Source: an uncultured Armatimonadia bacterium (GTDB taxonomy: Bacteria > Armatimonadota > Zipacnadia > Zipacnadales > UBA11051). Taken from it: a stretch of 50,033 bases of DNA. The stretch spans positions 1 to 50,033 of the forward strand of contig CAZZDO010000002.1 of NCBI GenBank assembly GCA_964653205.1, written 5' to 3'. The position numbers were made by a program, and so were the translations under genes. This document shows positions 1-8,830 of this stretch, one piece after another (the stretch's first letter is position 1; the number at the start of each line of letters is the position of its first letter). A model generated the notes under the pieces. The model searched no databases and was not told where the DNA came from. It worked only from the letters and a program-made list of their open reading frames with translations.

Positions 1-243
1 ACGATCCCCCGTCTGCCTGCGTTCCCAGAATGTGACTCAAGTAACGCCACCCACCTGCCGATAACGCCTTGGGCGCAAGTCTTTTCCTGATCGTCGCACC
101 GTTCGTTTCACACTGGGGAGACCGGAGCCGCGCGGGGCCATGCGCGCGGCAGTCGAGCCACCGGTCCGACCGGCAATTCGCGGGTGCAAGCGTCCGGGCG
201 CCAGGCGCCTGCGGACCGTCGCCCGCCTCGGGAGGGTTCTGCC

Positions 244-1503
244 ATGCCGACGCTGACATCGTCCGATCCGGTCGAGGTGCCGCGACGCCTGCGCGCGTCG
301 GGGGTGCTGCTCGCGGTGGCCGACCCCGAGGTGGCCGCCGCGTGGACAGCCGAACTGCAGGCGGTGGGCCTGGCGGCGCGCCCGGTGGGCGCGGACGCAG
401 TGCTGACGGAGGCCCTCGGCATGCACGAGATCCTGCTACTGCACCACAGCTACCCGCAGTCCCCCCCGGAGGTGTTGGCGTCCCTGCGTGAGCGCGACCA
501 CCGTGGGAGCGTCGTCGTGGTCACCTGCACGCCTTCGCTGTCCGAGGCGGTGGCGCTGTTGGCGCTCGGCTGTCAGGACTATCTGCCGGCCAGCCTGGCC
601 GCGGACAAGGTCGCGCGGGCAGTGGCGGCGGCGGCCGGGGTGCGGGAATCCGTCCGCCCCCCGTTCCAGCTTCTGTGGCAGAACTTCCGCAAGCGGTATG
701 GCCACGACCACCTCGCCCCCGAGGCGCGGTGTTGCCAGCAGACCTATGCCCAGGCCGCGCAGGCCGCCCCGGGCGATGTCACCGTGCTGATCGAGGGGGA
801 GACGGGGACGGGCAAGGAGTACCTCGCCCGAGCGGTGCACTTCATGAGCCGCCGCCGCGACAAACCCTTCATCGCGGTCAACTGCGGCGCCATCCCCGAG
901 ACGCTCCTGGAAAGTGAACTGTTCGGCCACGAGCGCGGGGCCTTCACGTCCGCCAACCGGGCCAAGCCCGGGCTGTGCGAACTGGCCCACAAGGGAACGC
1001 TCTTTCTTGACGAGATCGGTGACATGAGCATGCCCATGCAGGTGAAGATGCTCCGCTTCCTGCAGGACCGCAGCCTCACGCGGGTCGGGGGGGTGGACAC
1101 GGTGCACGTGGATGTGCGGGTGGTGGCGGCTACGCACCAGGACTTGCGCCAGGCGGTGCGCGACGGCCGCTTCCGCGAGGACCTCTACTACCGCCTGGCG
1201 GTCATGAACCTGTTCCTGCCGCCCCTGCGTGATCGGCGGCCGGACATCCCCCGCTTCGCCCGGCACTTCGTCGCCAAGCACGCCACCTCCGCCCCCCCCA
1301 AGGCCCTGGCGGCCGAGGCCGTCGAACGATTGCAGGGTCATGCGTGGCCGGGGAACCTGCGCGAACTGGAGAACGTGATCCAGCGGGCGATGCTGCGCGC
1401 CCCGGGGCGCACGATCCATGCCCGCCACATCGAGCTGGATGACAGCCTGCTTCCGGACGAGCCCTTGCGGCTCTTTCCGGTGCCGATGTTGCAGGAGGCG
1501 TAG
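244..1503 (+). CDS. sigma-54-dependent AAA+ transcriptional activator (enhancer-binding protein) with degenerate receiver-like N-terminus and no C-terminal HTH
   Basis: ORF 184..1503. ATG at 244 is preferred because GGGAGGG lies 7 nt upstream. Motifs: Walker A GETGTGKE, sigma-54 contact loop [15 protein letters not shown], Walker B LFLDEIGD, sensor [15 protein letters not shown]. The protein ends about 45 aa after the AAA+ core. It is convergent with fliS across a 26-nt gap. Confidence 0.85.
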   Translation: MPTLTSSDPVEVPRRLRASGVLLAVADPEVAAAWTAELQAVGLAARPVGADAVLTEALGMHEILLLHHSYPQSPPEVLASLRERDHRGSVVVVTCTPSLSEAVALLALGCQDYLPASLAADKVARAVAAAAGVRESVRPPFQLLWQNFRKRYGHDHLAPEARCCQQTYAQAAQAAPGDVTVLIEGETGTGKEYLARAVHFMSRRRDKPFIAVNCGAIPETLLESELFGHERGAFTSANRAKPGLCELAHKGTLFLDEIGDMSMPMQVKMLRFLQDRSLTRVGGVDTVHVDVRVVAATHQDLRQAVRDGRFREDLYYRLAVMNLFLPPLRDRRPDIPRFARHFVAKHATSAPPKALAAEAVERLQGHAWPGNLRELENVIQRAMLRAPGRTIHARHIELDDSLLPDEPLRLFPVPMLQEA

Positions 1504-1529
1504 AGGGAAATCAGTGGGGGGGCGGCTGG

Positions 1530-1943
1530 TCACGCCGCGGTGCAGTGCGCCGCGGCGTTCCCCTGGGCGGTCAACTCCTGCCGGGCCTGCCGCCACGCGT
1601 CGTGCAAGCCGGTGGCCGCCTCGATCACTTTCCCGAGCAGTTCCTCGTCGTCCCGGATGCTGGCTTCGGTCAAGTTGGCGTGCATCCACGAATACAGGGC
1701 CCACAGCCCGGCGGTGAACTCCGGGGCGACGTCCCGGTCCAGCGACGACATCAGCGTCGAGATGATACGCTGGGCGCGCACGATGCGGTCGCACTGGCCC
1801 TGGTAGTCCCCCTGGTGCATGGCTTCCCGGGCCTGGTGGAGAAACCGCACGAGCCCCTCCGTAAGCAGCACCAGCGCATGCCGCGGGTCGGGCGTCTCCG
1901 CCGTGGTGGCCTGGTAGGTGCGCGCGACTGACGTAACTCCCAT
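1530..1943 (-). CDS. fliS: flagellar export chaperone FliS
   Basis: 137-aa ORF lying 18 nt downstream of fliD. It shows a FliS-like helical pattern (..YQATTAETPDP..LLTEGLVRFL..GDYQGQCDRIVRAQRIISTLMSSLD..). The size and position after fliD are typical. Confidence 0.85.
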   Translation of the reverse strand: MGVTSVARTYQATTAETPDPRHALVLLTEGLVRFLHQAREAMHQGDYQGQCDRIVRAQRIISTLMSSLDRDVAPEFTAGLWALYSWMHANLTEASIRDDEELLGKVIEAATGLHDAWRQARQELTAQGNAAAHCTAA

Positions 1944-1961
1944 GGTGATCCCGTATCCTCG

Positions 1962-3881
1962 TCAGGTGTTCTGGTCGGTGGTCAGGCCCCGGAGACCCTC
2001 AACCTGCGTGGTGAGGTAGCTCAGCAGCGTCTTGTTCTTGGCCAGGACCCCCTCCATGGTCGCGAACTTGAGCTGCAGTTGCTCGACGTAGGCATTCACG
2101 CTGTCCTGCAACGACTGCGCCTCCTCGGTCAGGTCGCTGATCTCATTGGTGATGCTTGTGGTGGCGCGCGTCAGCAGGCTGTCGTCCGTGCCGGCGGCCC
2201 GCTCGGCATAGGCGGCCAGGCGGCTGGCGAAGCCCTGGCTGACCTTGACCACGCCCTTGTCGCCGGTCGTGGCGCTCGTGATCAGGAGCTTGAGGTCCTG
2301 CACGCCGCCCTCGGCGCCCGTCAGCCACTGCCCCCAGCCCCGGGCTGCCTTGCCGCCGATGGTGCCGGCGACGTTCTGGCCGTAGTACGCCTGCGTGTCC
2401 CCCGCTTCCGTGCCGCCCAGATCAGTGCCGCCGGCGCCGTCGTCCAGCGACGAAACGATGCTGAAGCCGTAGTTGCTGCCGTAGAAGCTGCTCTGCAGTT
2501 GCAGCCGCCCGTCTGCCACGCCGGCGGCCAGCGGCAGCCGGTTGCCGGTCAGGATCGTGTTGAGCTTGTCGGCAGCGTCCTGGAGGGTCATGCCGGCGGT
2601 GAGTTGCACGGTGTACTGCCCATTGATCGTCAGCGCCTCATCCTGGGTGAGGGTGGCCAACTCGGCGCTCTGGGCCGTGGCCCTGGTGGCGACCTGGGTG
2701 ACGACCACAGCGTATCCCGCCGCGCCCGAGTCGGCCGTGCTGGTGCCGGAACTGACGAACTCGACCTCGTCGCTGGCGGTCTCGGCCCCGGTGGTGAGCA
2801 TCTGCATGACGCCCGTGGGGTTGTCTGCGAGGGCCTCCTGCAGTTGCGCCGTGTCCAGCACCAGCAGCCCGTTGCGGTCGGTAGTGATCCCGATCTGCGA
2901 CAGGACCGTCAGGCTGCCGCCCAGCGTCGCTACCGGGCGCATGGCGTTCTCGTGCAGGCCGCTCTGCAGGCTCAGGATGCTGGCATCGGCGAAAAAGACG
3001 CCGCCGGTCTCGGTGTCGGTGTCCCAGGTCATGCCCTTGTTGACGGCGCTGACGACGGCGTTGTAGTCGGCCACGACCTTCTGTACCGCCGTTACGGCGG
3101 CCTGGTTGTTGGCGGAGACCGTGAGGGTGATCGCGCCATCCGGGTCGGCCTGGAGCAGGTCCAGGCTGACGCCCTCGAGCAGGTCGTCCACGCTGTTGCT
3201 CGAGCGCGTCACGGCAACGCCGTCGAGGCGGAACTCCGCGTCCTGCGCGGCTTGCAGTTCGTTGAGCACGCCCTCGCTGAGAAAGCCCAGGGTCTCCAGC
3301 AAGTCCCCGCCCTCTTCGTCCAGATCAATCGCGCCGTCGGCCCCGCTGGTCTGGCTGCGCAGCACCAGGCGGTGGTCCGAGGAGGAGACATTGATGATCG
3401 AGGCGGTGACGCCGGCCTGGGCGGAGTTGATCGCGTCGCGCAGGTCGGTCAGGTCGTCCGCGGCGCTCAACGTGATGGTCTGATCGTTGATGAGGAAGTC
3501 GCCGCTGACGCCCAACGCGGCGCTGGTGTCGGCCACGGTCCCCGAGCTGACCTTGTGGTTCTGGGCCAACTGGTCCACGATCAGCTCATACGTGCCCACG
3601 GCGGCGCCGGCGCCGGCGGTGGCCAGGACGGCCTGCGGGTCCGAGGCGGTCACGCTCCGGGCATTCAGCGCCGCGCCGGTGGCGAGTGTGCGGGCGCTGC
3701 TCAGCAGGGTCAGCACCTGGGCGCTGAGGGCCTGGTAAGACTGGATGTCCTGCGAGCGGGCGGTGATGCGTTCGGTGAGCAGGTCTATGGGCTTGCTGCG
3801 GATCGAGGCCAGGGACTGGATGATCGAGGTCGTGTCGAGCCCGGAGATGAGTCCGTCAATCGAGGTGGTGCCGAGTGCCAT
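1962..3881 (-). CDS. fliD: flagellar filament cap protein FliD (hook-associated protein 2)
   Basis: ORF 1962..3923. ATG at 3881 has GAGAGG upstream and gives MALGTTSIDGLISGLDTTSIIQSLASIRSKPIDLL, the FliD N-terminal signature. The C-terminus is coiled-coil (..VEQLQLKFATMEGVLAKNKTLLSYLTTQVEGL). Confidence 0.9.
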   Translation of the reverse strand: MALGTTSIDGLISGLDTTSIIQSLASIRSKPIDLLTERITARSQDIQSYQALSAQVLTLLSSARTLATGAALNARSVTASDPQAVLATAGAGAAVGTYELIVDQLAQNHKVSSGTVADTSAALGVSGDFLINDQTITLSAADDLTDLRDAINSAQAGVTASIINVSSSDHRLVLRSQTSGADGAIDLDEEGGDLLETLGFLSEGVLNELQAAQDAEFRLDGVAVTRSSNSVDDLLEGVSLDLLQADPDGAITLTVSANNQAAVTAVQKVVADYNAVVSAVNKGMTWDTDTETGGVFFADASILSLQSGLHENAMRPVATLGGSLTVLSQIGITTDRNGLLVLDTAQLQEALADNPTGVMQMLTTGAETASDEVEFVSSGTSTADSGAAGYAVVVTQVATRATAQSAELATLTQDEALTINGQYTVQLTAGMTLQDAADKLNTILTGNRLPLAAGVADGRLQLQSSFYGSNYGFSIVSSLDDGAGGTDLGGTEAGDTQAYYGQNVAGTIGGKAARGWGQWLTGAEGGVQDLKLLITSATTGDKGVVKVSQGFASRLAAYAERAAGTDDSLLTRATTSITNEISDLTEEAQSLQDSVNAYVEQLQLKFATMEGVLAKNKTLLSYLTTQVEGLRGLTTDQNT

Positions 3882-3948
3882 AGCCGTACCTCTCGTCCGG
3901 CGTTGCGGGGCCGACCCCGCCACCGGCTAGCGCGGGAAGAGAAGGGTG

Positions 3949-3983
3949 GCCGGGCGCCCAGGGAGGGAGGGTGGACGCCCGGC
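3949..3983 (-). terminator. stem-loop in the fliC-fliD intergenic region (possible partial terminator/attenuator)
   Basis: GCCGGGCG (3949-3956) pairs with CGCCCGGC (3976-3983) around a 19-nt loop. On the minus strand it is followed by a C/T-rich run. A second small hairpin, GCGGGG-ccga-CCCCGC, lies at 3905-3920, 24 nt upstream of the fliD ATG. Confidence 0.3.
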
Positions 3984-4000
3984 TGGCCCGGTTGTGTCTA

Positions 4001-5512
4001 CTAGCCTCGGATGAGGCTGAGCACATTGTTGGGCAGGCTGTTGGCCTGCGACAGGAAGGAGGTCCCCGCCTGGACCAGGATCTGGGCGGTCGTGTACTCG
4101 CTCATTTCCTTCCCGAAGTCGGTGTCGCGGATGGCGCTCTCAGAGGCCGCCAGGTTCTCGCGGGCGACGGCCAGTGAACGGGCCTGCGACTCCAGCTGGT
4201 TGGTCTGGAAGGCGCCGAGATCGCCGCGCAGGGACGAGACCTCGCCGATGGCGGCATCAATCACGGCCAGGGCCGCGGAGGCGCCGTCTACCGTCGAGAT
4301 GTCCAGGGCCGCGATGCTGGTGTACGTGCCGTCCACGCCCTTGCCCAGTTCGGAGGTCTGGCAGTTGCGGACCGCCATGGTGGCCGTCTCGCCGGCGTTG
4401 ATGCCGATCTGGAAGGACAGCTCGCCGTCCTCCACGTAGACCGAGCTGTCCCAGCTGTTGACGGCGTTGCCGGCGGCCGTCAGCGTCACCGAACCGTAGG
4501 TGGCGTGGCTGAGGGTCAGGCCGGAACCGGCGGCGAAGGTGACGGCGGAGCCGCCGCCAAACTCGACGCTCCCCGCGGCGTCCACGCCGGCATCGGCGGC
4601 GAAGAGATCCTCGCCGGCGCCGCTGAGCGCCTCGGACAGGTCCATGTCGCCGCCGGAGTCCGTGATCTTGCGGTACTCCACGCTGACGTGCTGGTCGGCG
4701 CCATAGGCCAGGCTGCTGACGCTGAAGGTGCCGCCGGCGCTCGCCGTGGCGGTGACGCCCAGCTCGCTCTGCTGCGCCGTGATGGCGTCCACGATGTCCT
4801 GCCACGTCGTCGCGTCGCCGATGTTGCCGTTCTGGTCGTTGGTGGTGACGTCCACCTTGACGCCGTTGATGTACAGCGCGACCTCATCGCCGGCGTCGAA
4901 GTTCGTCATGTCGGCGCCAAAGGCCGTCGCGGCCGTGGTCACGGTCGCCGCGGCGGTGGCGACGGTGGCCTTCTCGGCCGCGGCCGTCACGTTGACATTG
5001 GCCCAGCCCGCCGTCTCACCGGCCAGGGCGAAGCTCGCGCTGGCGATGTGGGTCGTGTCCGCCACCGTGCTCTTGGTGCCGGCCGAGCCGTCCAGCAGCT
5101 TGCGCCCGCCGTAGGTCGTGGTGTCGGCGATCGAGTCCAGCGTCGTCAGGGCCGAAGACAACCGCTCCTGGAGCGCGGCGCGCGCCGCATCGGTGTTGTT
5201 GCTGTCCGACGAGGCCGACACGGCCAGGTCGCGCATCTGCCGCAGCAGGCTGTTGACCTCGTTGAGCGCGCCCTCAGCCGTCTTGATCAGGTTCACGCCT
5301 TCGAGGGCGTTCTTCTGCGCGACGTCCAGGCTCGAGACCTGGGCCCGCAGCAACTCGGAAATGATCAAGCCGGACGGGTCGTCAGCGCCACGGTTGATGC
5401 GCAGACCCGAGGACAACCGCTCGACCGAGCTTTGCAGGCGGGTGGAGTTCAGCGCCAGATTGCGCTGGGCGTTCAGTGAGGCGATGTTCTGGTTGATGCT
5501 CGTCAGTGCCAT
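4001..5512 (-). CDS. fliC: flagellin
   Basis: The N-terminus MALTSINQNIASLNAQRNLALNSTRLQSSVERLSSGLRINRGADDPSGL and C-terminus ..TTAQILVQAGTSFLSQANSLPNNVLSLIRG are flagellin D0/D1 signatures. The central region is A/T/G/S-rich and variable. An AAGGAGG RBS lies 9 nt upstream. Confidence 0.95.
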   Translation of the reverse strand: MALTSINQNIASLNAQRNLALNSTRLQSSVERLSSGLRINRGADDPSGLIISELLRAQVSSLDVAQKNALEGVNLIKTAEGALNEVNSLLRQMRDLAVSASSDSNNTDAARAALQERLSSALTTLDSIADTTTYGGRKLLDGSAGTKSTVADTTHIASASFALAGETAGWANVNVTAAAEKATVATAAATVTTAATAFGADMTNFDAGDEVALYINGVKVDVTTNDQNGNIGDATTWQDIVDAITAQQSELGVTATASAGGTFSVSSLAYGADQHVSVEYRKITDSGGDMDLSEALSGAGEDLFAADAGVDAAGSVEFGGGSAVTFAAGSGLTLSHATYGSVTLTAAGNAVNSWDSSVYVEDGELSFQIGINAGETATMAVRNCQTSELGKGVDGTYTSIAALDISTVDGASAALAVIDAAIGEVSSLRGDLGAFQTNQLESQARSLAVARENLAASESAIRDTDFGKEMSEYTTAQILVQAGTSFLSQANSLPNNVLSLIRG

Positions 5513-5521
5513 GTGTACTTT

Positions 5522-5579
5522 CCTCCTTGAAAGTAGGGTGACTGCTCTGGGGGGCGGGACCGCCTCGGCATCCTTGCCG
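5522..5579 (-). promoter_or_regulatory. fliC 5' leader elements: Shine-Dalgarno plus hairpin-presented GGA motif (CsrA-type site candidates)
   Basis: On the minus strand, CGGC-AAGGAT-GCCG (5566-5579) puts CAAGGAUG in the loop of a 4-bp stem. UUCAAGGAGGAAAG (SD at 5522-5528) is a second A(N)GGA-type motif overlapping the RBS. Confidence 0.3.
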
Positions 5580-5654
5580 GCAGGGCGACCTCCGCGTGCC
5601 TAGCTGTTGTGCGTCCGTCCCTCCCTTGCCACAGGATGAGTTGCTCGTGAGTGG

Positions 5655-5681
5655 ATATTGGCAGGGACGGGGCGCACTTGA
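5655..5681 (-). promoter_or_regulatory. sigma-28 (FliA)-type promoter candidate for fliC
   Basis: The minus strand reads TCAAGTGC-N11-GCCAATAT, against the enteric FliA consensus TAAAGTTT-N11-GCCGATAA. The -10 element ends 143 nt upstream of the fliC ATG, implying a leader of about 135 nt. Confidence 0.5.
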
Positions 5682-5762
5682 GCAGCGGCGGCGACTGCAA
5701 AGCGATTGTTACATCGCCCGCAGCCGCCGGCATTCAGGAGGCAATGAGGAGAGGCAGGGAGA

Positions 5763-7103
5763 CTACTTCGCGGGGAGGCCTGGAGCCACCAGCCGCAGCG
5801 CCGGGCCGGCGATCGCCGCCCAGTCGCGCACGGTCTGGCCCACGTGGCCCATGCCGATCATCCAGTGGTGGCCGATGCCGGCCTCGTGGATCCACGCGAG
5901 CAGCTCACCCACGGGGCGGTCGAACTGCACACGCACGGGATTGCCGGGGAAGACCATCTCGGCGGGGAGGGCCTCGCCCTCGAGCAGGGCGAGCTGGTAG
6001 CCGTCGGGGATCGGGATGAGGCTGAGCAGCGTCACCGGGCCCGGGCGGGCCGTGAACAGCGCACAGACGCCCTGCCCCATCAGCCGCACGTCGCGCAGGC
6101 TGATGCTCGCCGGGTCGTGCGCCAGCGAGAACGAGCCCGAGCCGCAGTGGGTGAAGATGACGGTGCCGTCGGGGAGCGGGTTGAGCCAGTCGGTGTGGTG
6201 GGTGGGCTGGCCGGTCAGAAGCTGCAGGACGAGCTGCCCCGCCGCTCCGTTCACGTCACCCTCGCAGGCCATGGGGATGCCTTCATCGGCCAGCAGCGAG
6301 GCGGCCAGACAGACGCGGCCCATCAGGTGCGGATAGCAGCCGACGCTGACGGCGTCGAGGCCCTCCTCGGCCACGATCTCCCGGAGCGCGACGGCCACAC
6401 CCATGGAGTCCAGGCCGGCGCTCTCGGGCACACGGCACTCGCCGGCGCGGCCGACGATCTGCTGCCACAGCTCCTGCCGCGTCGCAGGCGCAACGGCCTC
6501 GGCGCGTTGCAGCAGGAGCGGCAAGTCCAGCGGCACTACGCGGGGGCCGATTGCGCGCTTGAGCATGAACTCATTGGGCGCCGTGTGCGTCATGCCCGCC
6601 ACGCGATGGCCGGCCAGGCCGATGCGGGCGCGACGCAGGCGGGTATGCAAGGCGGCGGCCCGCACGGCGGTCAGCGCTCGCTCCCCGCACGCCGCATCGC
6701 CCAACTCCCCGAAGACCGCTACGAAGGGCCGCGCGAGTTGCTTGAGATAGCACGTCAACTGCTGCATCCCGCAGAGGGCCCCGGTCTCCATGCCGACGGT
6801 GGACCACAACACCAGCGGCGCCGGCCATTCCTCGATCAAGTCCAGCACGAGGTAGTCCTCAAACCAACTGGCCGCGACGGCGGCGATGGCGTCCACGTGC
6901 TGCTCCGCGCACAGCCGACCGGCGACGGTGGCCTTGTCCGGCGTGTCCACGACGCCGAGGGCTACCACCTCGCAGCCGGCATCCTGCAGCAGCCGCGCCA
7001 GGGCGGCGGCGTCCGCCGGGGCCTGGTCGGCGCCGACTTCCAGCGGGCTGCACAGCCCGCACACGGCTACCTTCGGCTGCAGCGAACGCCCGAGAGAAGT
7101 CAT
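5763..7103 (-). CDS. L-fucose/L-arabinose isomerase-family protein (FucI-like)
   Basis: ORF 5763..7340. ATG at 7103 (MTSLGRSL..) overlaps the upstream stop as TGATG. The upstream extension of the ORF overlaps the preceding gene. The motif ..CEGDVNGAAGQLVLQLLTGQPTHHTDWLNPLPDGTVIFTHCGSG.. resembles the FucI/AraA C-terminal catalytic region. Confidence 0.65.
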   Translation of the reverse strand: MTSLGRSLQPKVAVCGLCSPLEVGADQAPADAAALARLLQDAGCEVVALGVVDTPDKATVAGRLCAEQHVDAIAAVAASWFEDYLVLDLIEEWPAPLVLWSTVGMETGALCGMQQLTCYLKQLARPFVAVFGELGDAACGERALTAVRAAALHTRLRRARIGLAGHRVAGMTHTAPNEFMLKRAIGPRVVPLDLPLLLQRAEAVAPATRQELWQQIVGRAGECRVPESAGLDSMGVAVALREIVAEEGLDAVSVGCYPHLMGRVCLAASLLADEGIPMACEGDVNGAAGQLVLQLLTGQPTHHTDWLNPLPDGTVIFTHCGSGSFSLAHDPASISLRDVRLMGQGVCALFTARPGPVTLLSLIPIPDGYQLALLEGEALPAEMVFPGNPVRVQFDRPVGELLAWIHEAGIGHHWMIGMGHVGQTVRDWAAIAGPALRLVAPGLPAK

Positions 7104-8824
7104 CAGTTGGTCTCCTTTGTGTCCCGGTAGACGCCCCGCAACCGCCCCCAGGCCAACTTGTGGCGGCGGTCGTAGCTCACGACCCCTTTGAGATTGATCC
7201 CGTGCCAGTGGTGGTTGATGGGCTTGGACGGGTCGCGGTAGTCGCTGTATGAGAACGGGAAGGTGCCACACACCGCCGCGCAGGCAGCGGCGATCTCGAG
7301 TTGTCGCGCGATCAGTTCGGCCTGGTAGTCCTCGGACCACAACTCGCCGGTGTCACTGCGGAAGCCCGGCTCGGCATCGGCCCCGAACTCGGAGAGCAGC
7401 AGGGGCTTGCCGAGGGTCGCCTTCTCCGCCAGGCAGGCCTCCAACTGCGGCACTCGCAGCGGGAATTCGGGGGTCGCCTGATCGCTGGTGCCATCCTGGG
7501 AGATGAGGTCATACCAGCCCCAGTACTCGTTGAGGCTGATGACGTCCACGGCCTCCGCGATGTGGCCCACGCCGCCATAGAGCGCGGCGTAGCTGATCAG
7601 GCGCTGGGCGTCGAGGGCCCGGACCTCGCCCACGCAGCCCCGGAAGAAGGCCAGGGACTCGGGGTGGTCCGTGTTGCATTCGTTGCCCACGCTCCAGATG
7701 ACGACACTGGGGTGGTTGTGCGCCTGCAGCACCATCTCGCGGATCATCTGCCGGGCCAGGACCTCCAGACTGCCGTCGGCGAAGACCGTATCACACTGGT
7801 CGGTCGCGGGATGGACGCAATAGATGGGGACTTCCAGCCACAGCATCATCCCCCGGCGGTCGCACTCGTCCAGGAAGGCCTCGGGAAGAGGGAAGTGGCT
7901 GCGCAGGCAGTTGACGCCGAGGGCCTGCAGGTCGTCGAGGTCGGCCGTGACGACGGCGGGGTCGTAGGCCACGCCGCAGGCGGGATGGTCGTAGAGGTAG
8001 CAGAGGCCGCGCAGGTGCGCCGGCGCGCCGTTGAGCAGCAACTGCTGCCCCGCGGCCGCCAGGCGGCGGACCCCGAAGGCGCAGTCACGGTAGTCAATGA
8101 CCGTGTCGCCATCCAGCAGGGCAACCTCCAGGCGATAGAGCGCCGGGCTGTCCGGCGACCACGGCTGGGCTGCCTGTAGGTCGAAGCCGAGGTCCCACGG
8201 CCCGCCGCCGGCCTCCCTGGTCCAGACGATGGCGCCCTGCGGGTCGCGGATCGCGGCGTGCAGTGACAGGCCGGGGCGGGAGGCGGTGACGCGTACGCGG
8301 CCTGTCGCGCCGCCGCCGGAGGGCTCGGCCGCGACCAGCACGGTCTGCAGGCGGGCCCGGCTGGTCACATGTAGCGACACGTCGCGATGGATGCCGCCGT
8401 AGTTGTACCAGCCCAGCACCGCGGGCAGGCGCAGGCGCAGGTGGCGGTTGTCCACGCGGACAGCGAGGCGATTCGGGCCGACTTGCAGCGCCGGGGTGGC
8501 GTCCAGTTCGAAGGTGGTGTAGCCGCCCTCGTGCCTTCCCAGATGGCGGCCGTTGAGGTAGACGTCAGCGAGGTAGTTCACCGCCCCGAAGCGCAGGACC
8601 GCCACCGGTTCCGGCGGTAACTCCGCGACCTCGAACTCCCGCACGAACCACGCTACGCCCTCGAAGAGGTCGTAGCGCTCGGCGTAGCGGTTCCAGCAGC
8701 CGGGCACCGGGACACGCTCCCAGTGTTGCAGGCTGGTCGGTCGGGAGTAGTCGTGGTGGGTGTGGTACTCCGGGTCCTGGTCCACCGCAAAGGCCCACAG
8801 GCCGTTCAGGTCAAGGGTCAGCAT
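7103..8824 (-). CDS. glycoside hydrolase family 2 (beta-glucuronidase/beta-galactosidase-like)
   Basis: Motifs: N-terminal sugar-binding region WERVPVPGCWN, acid/base NHPSVVIWSVGNE, and nucleophile region LLLSEFGAD. Length 573 aa. Confidence 0.85.
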   Translation of the reverse strand: MLTLDLNGLWAFAVDQDPEYHTHHDYSRPTSLQHWERVPVPGCWNRYAERYDLFEGVAWFVREFEVAELPPEPVAVLRFGAVNYLADVYLNGRHLGRHEGGYTTFELDATPALQVGPNRLAVRVDNRHLRLRLPAVLGWYNYGGIHRDVSLHVTSRARLQTVLVAAEPSGGGATGRVRVTASRPGLSLHAAIRDPQGAIVWTREAGGGPWDLGFDLQAAQPWSPDSPALYRLEVALLDGDTVIDYRDCAFGVRRLAAAGQQLLLNGAPAHLRGLCYLYDHPACGVAYDPAVVTADLDDLQALGVNCLRSHFPLPEAFLDECDRRGMMLWLEVPIYCVHPATDQCDTVFADGSLEVLARQMIREMVLQAHNHPSVVIWSVGNECNTDHPESLAFFRGCVGEVRALDAQRLISYAALYGGVGHIAEAVDVISLNEYWGWYDLISQDGTSDQATPEFPLRVPQLEACLAEKATLGKPLLLSEFGADAEPGFRSDTGELWSEDYQAELIARQLEIAAACAAVCGTFPFSYSDYRDPSKPINHHWHGINLKGVVSYDRRHKLAWGRLRGVYRDTKETN

Positions 8825-8830
8825 CGTCTC

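Noticed and set aside
1-243. The window start, including ORFs 37..426(-), 69..491(+) and 108..422(-).
   Set aside because: The overlapping short ORFs have R/A/G-rich translations and no motifs. The region is most likely the promoter and leader of the sigma-54 activator gene, or the tail of an upstream gene cut off by the window edge. I could identify no promoter.
2079-4004. Long ORFs antisense to, or out of frame with, confidently called genes. Examples: 2079..4004(+), 436..1794(-), 5844..7130(+), 8723..10054(+), 9694..11181(+), 13539..14756(+), 15706..17235(+), 20031..22907(+), 23883..25433(-), 25548..26714(-), 28537..29667(-), 29668..31230(-), 32592..35441(+), 35805..37151(+), 38319..40298(-), 43489..45270(+), 46661..47656(-).
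   Set aside because: Their translations are low-complexity and R/G/A/P/H-rich, as is typical of stop-codon-poor alternative frames in high-GC DNA. They carry no recognisable motifs. Each fully overlaps a gene with strong family signatures on the other strand or frame.
4400-5100. The A/T/G/S-rich central flagellin region, considered as a possible glycosylation or phase-variation feature.
   Set aside because: Its composition is normal for hypervariable D2/D3 domains. There are no homopolymeric tracts or repeats, and no glycosyltransferase or pse/leg genes are adjacent in this window.
5701-5716. Small hairpin GCGAT-gtaaca-ATCGC just downstream (minus strand) of the FucI-like gene stop, considered as the operon terminator.
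   Set aside because: The stem is only 5 bp with a weak T-run. That is too weak to call, so the operon end is inferred from the following fliC promoter region instead.
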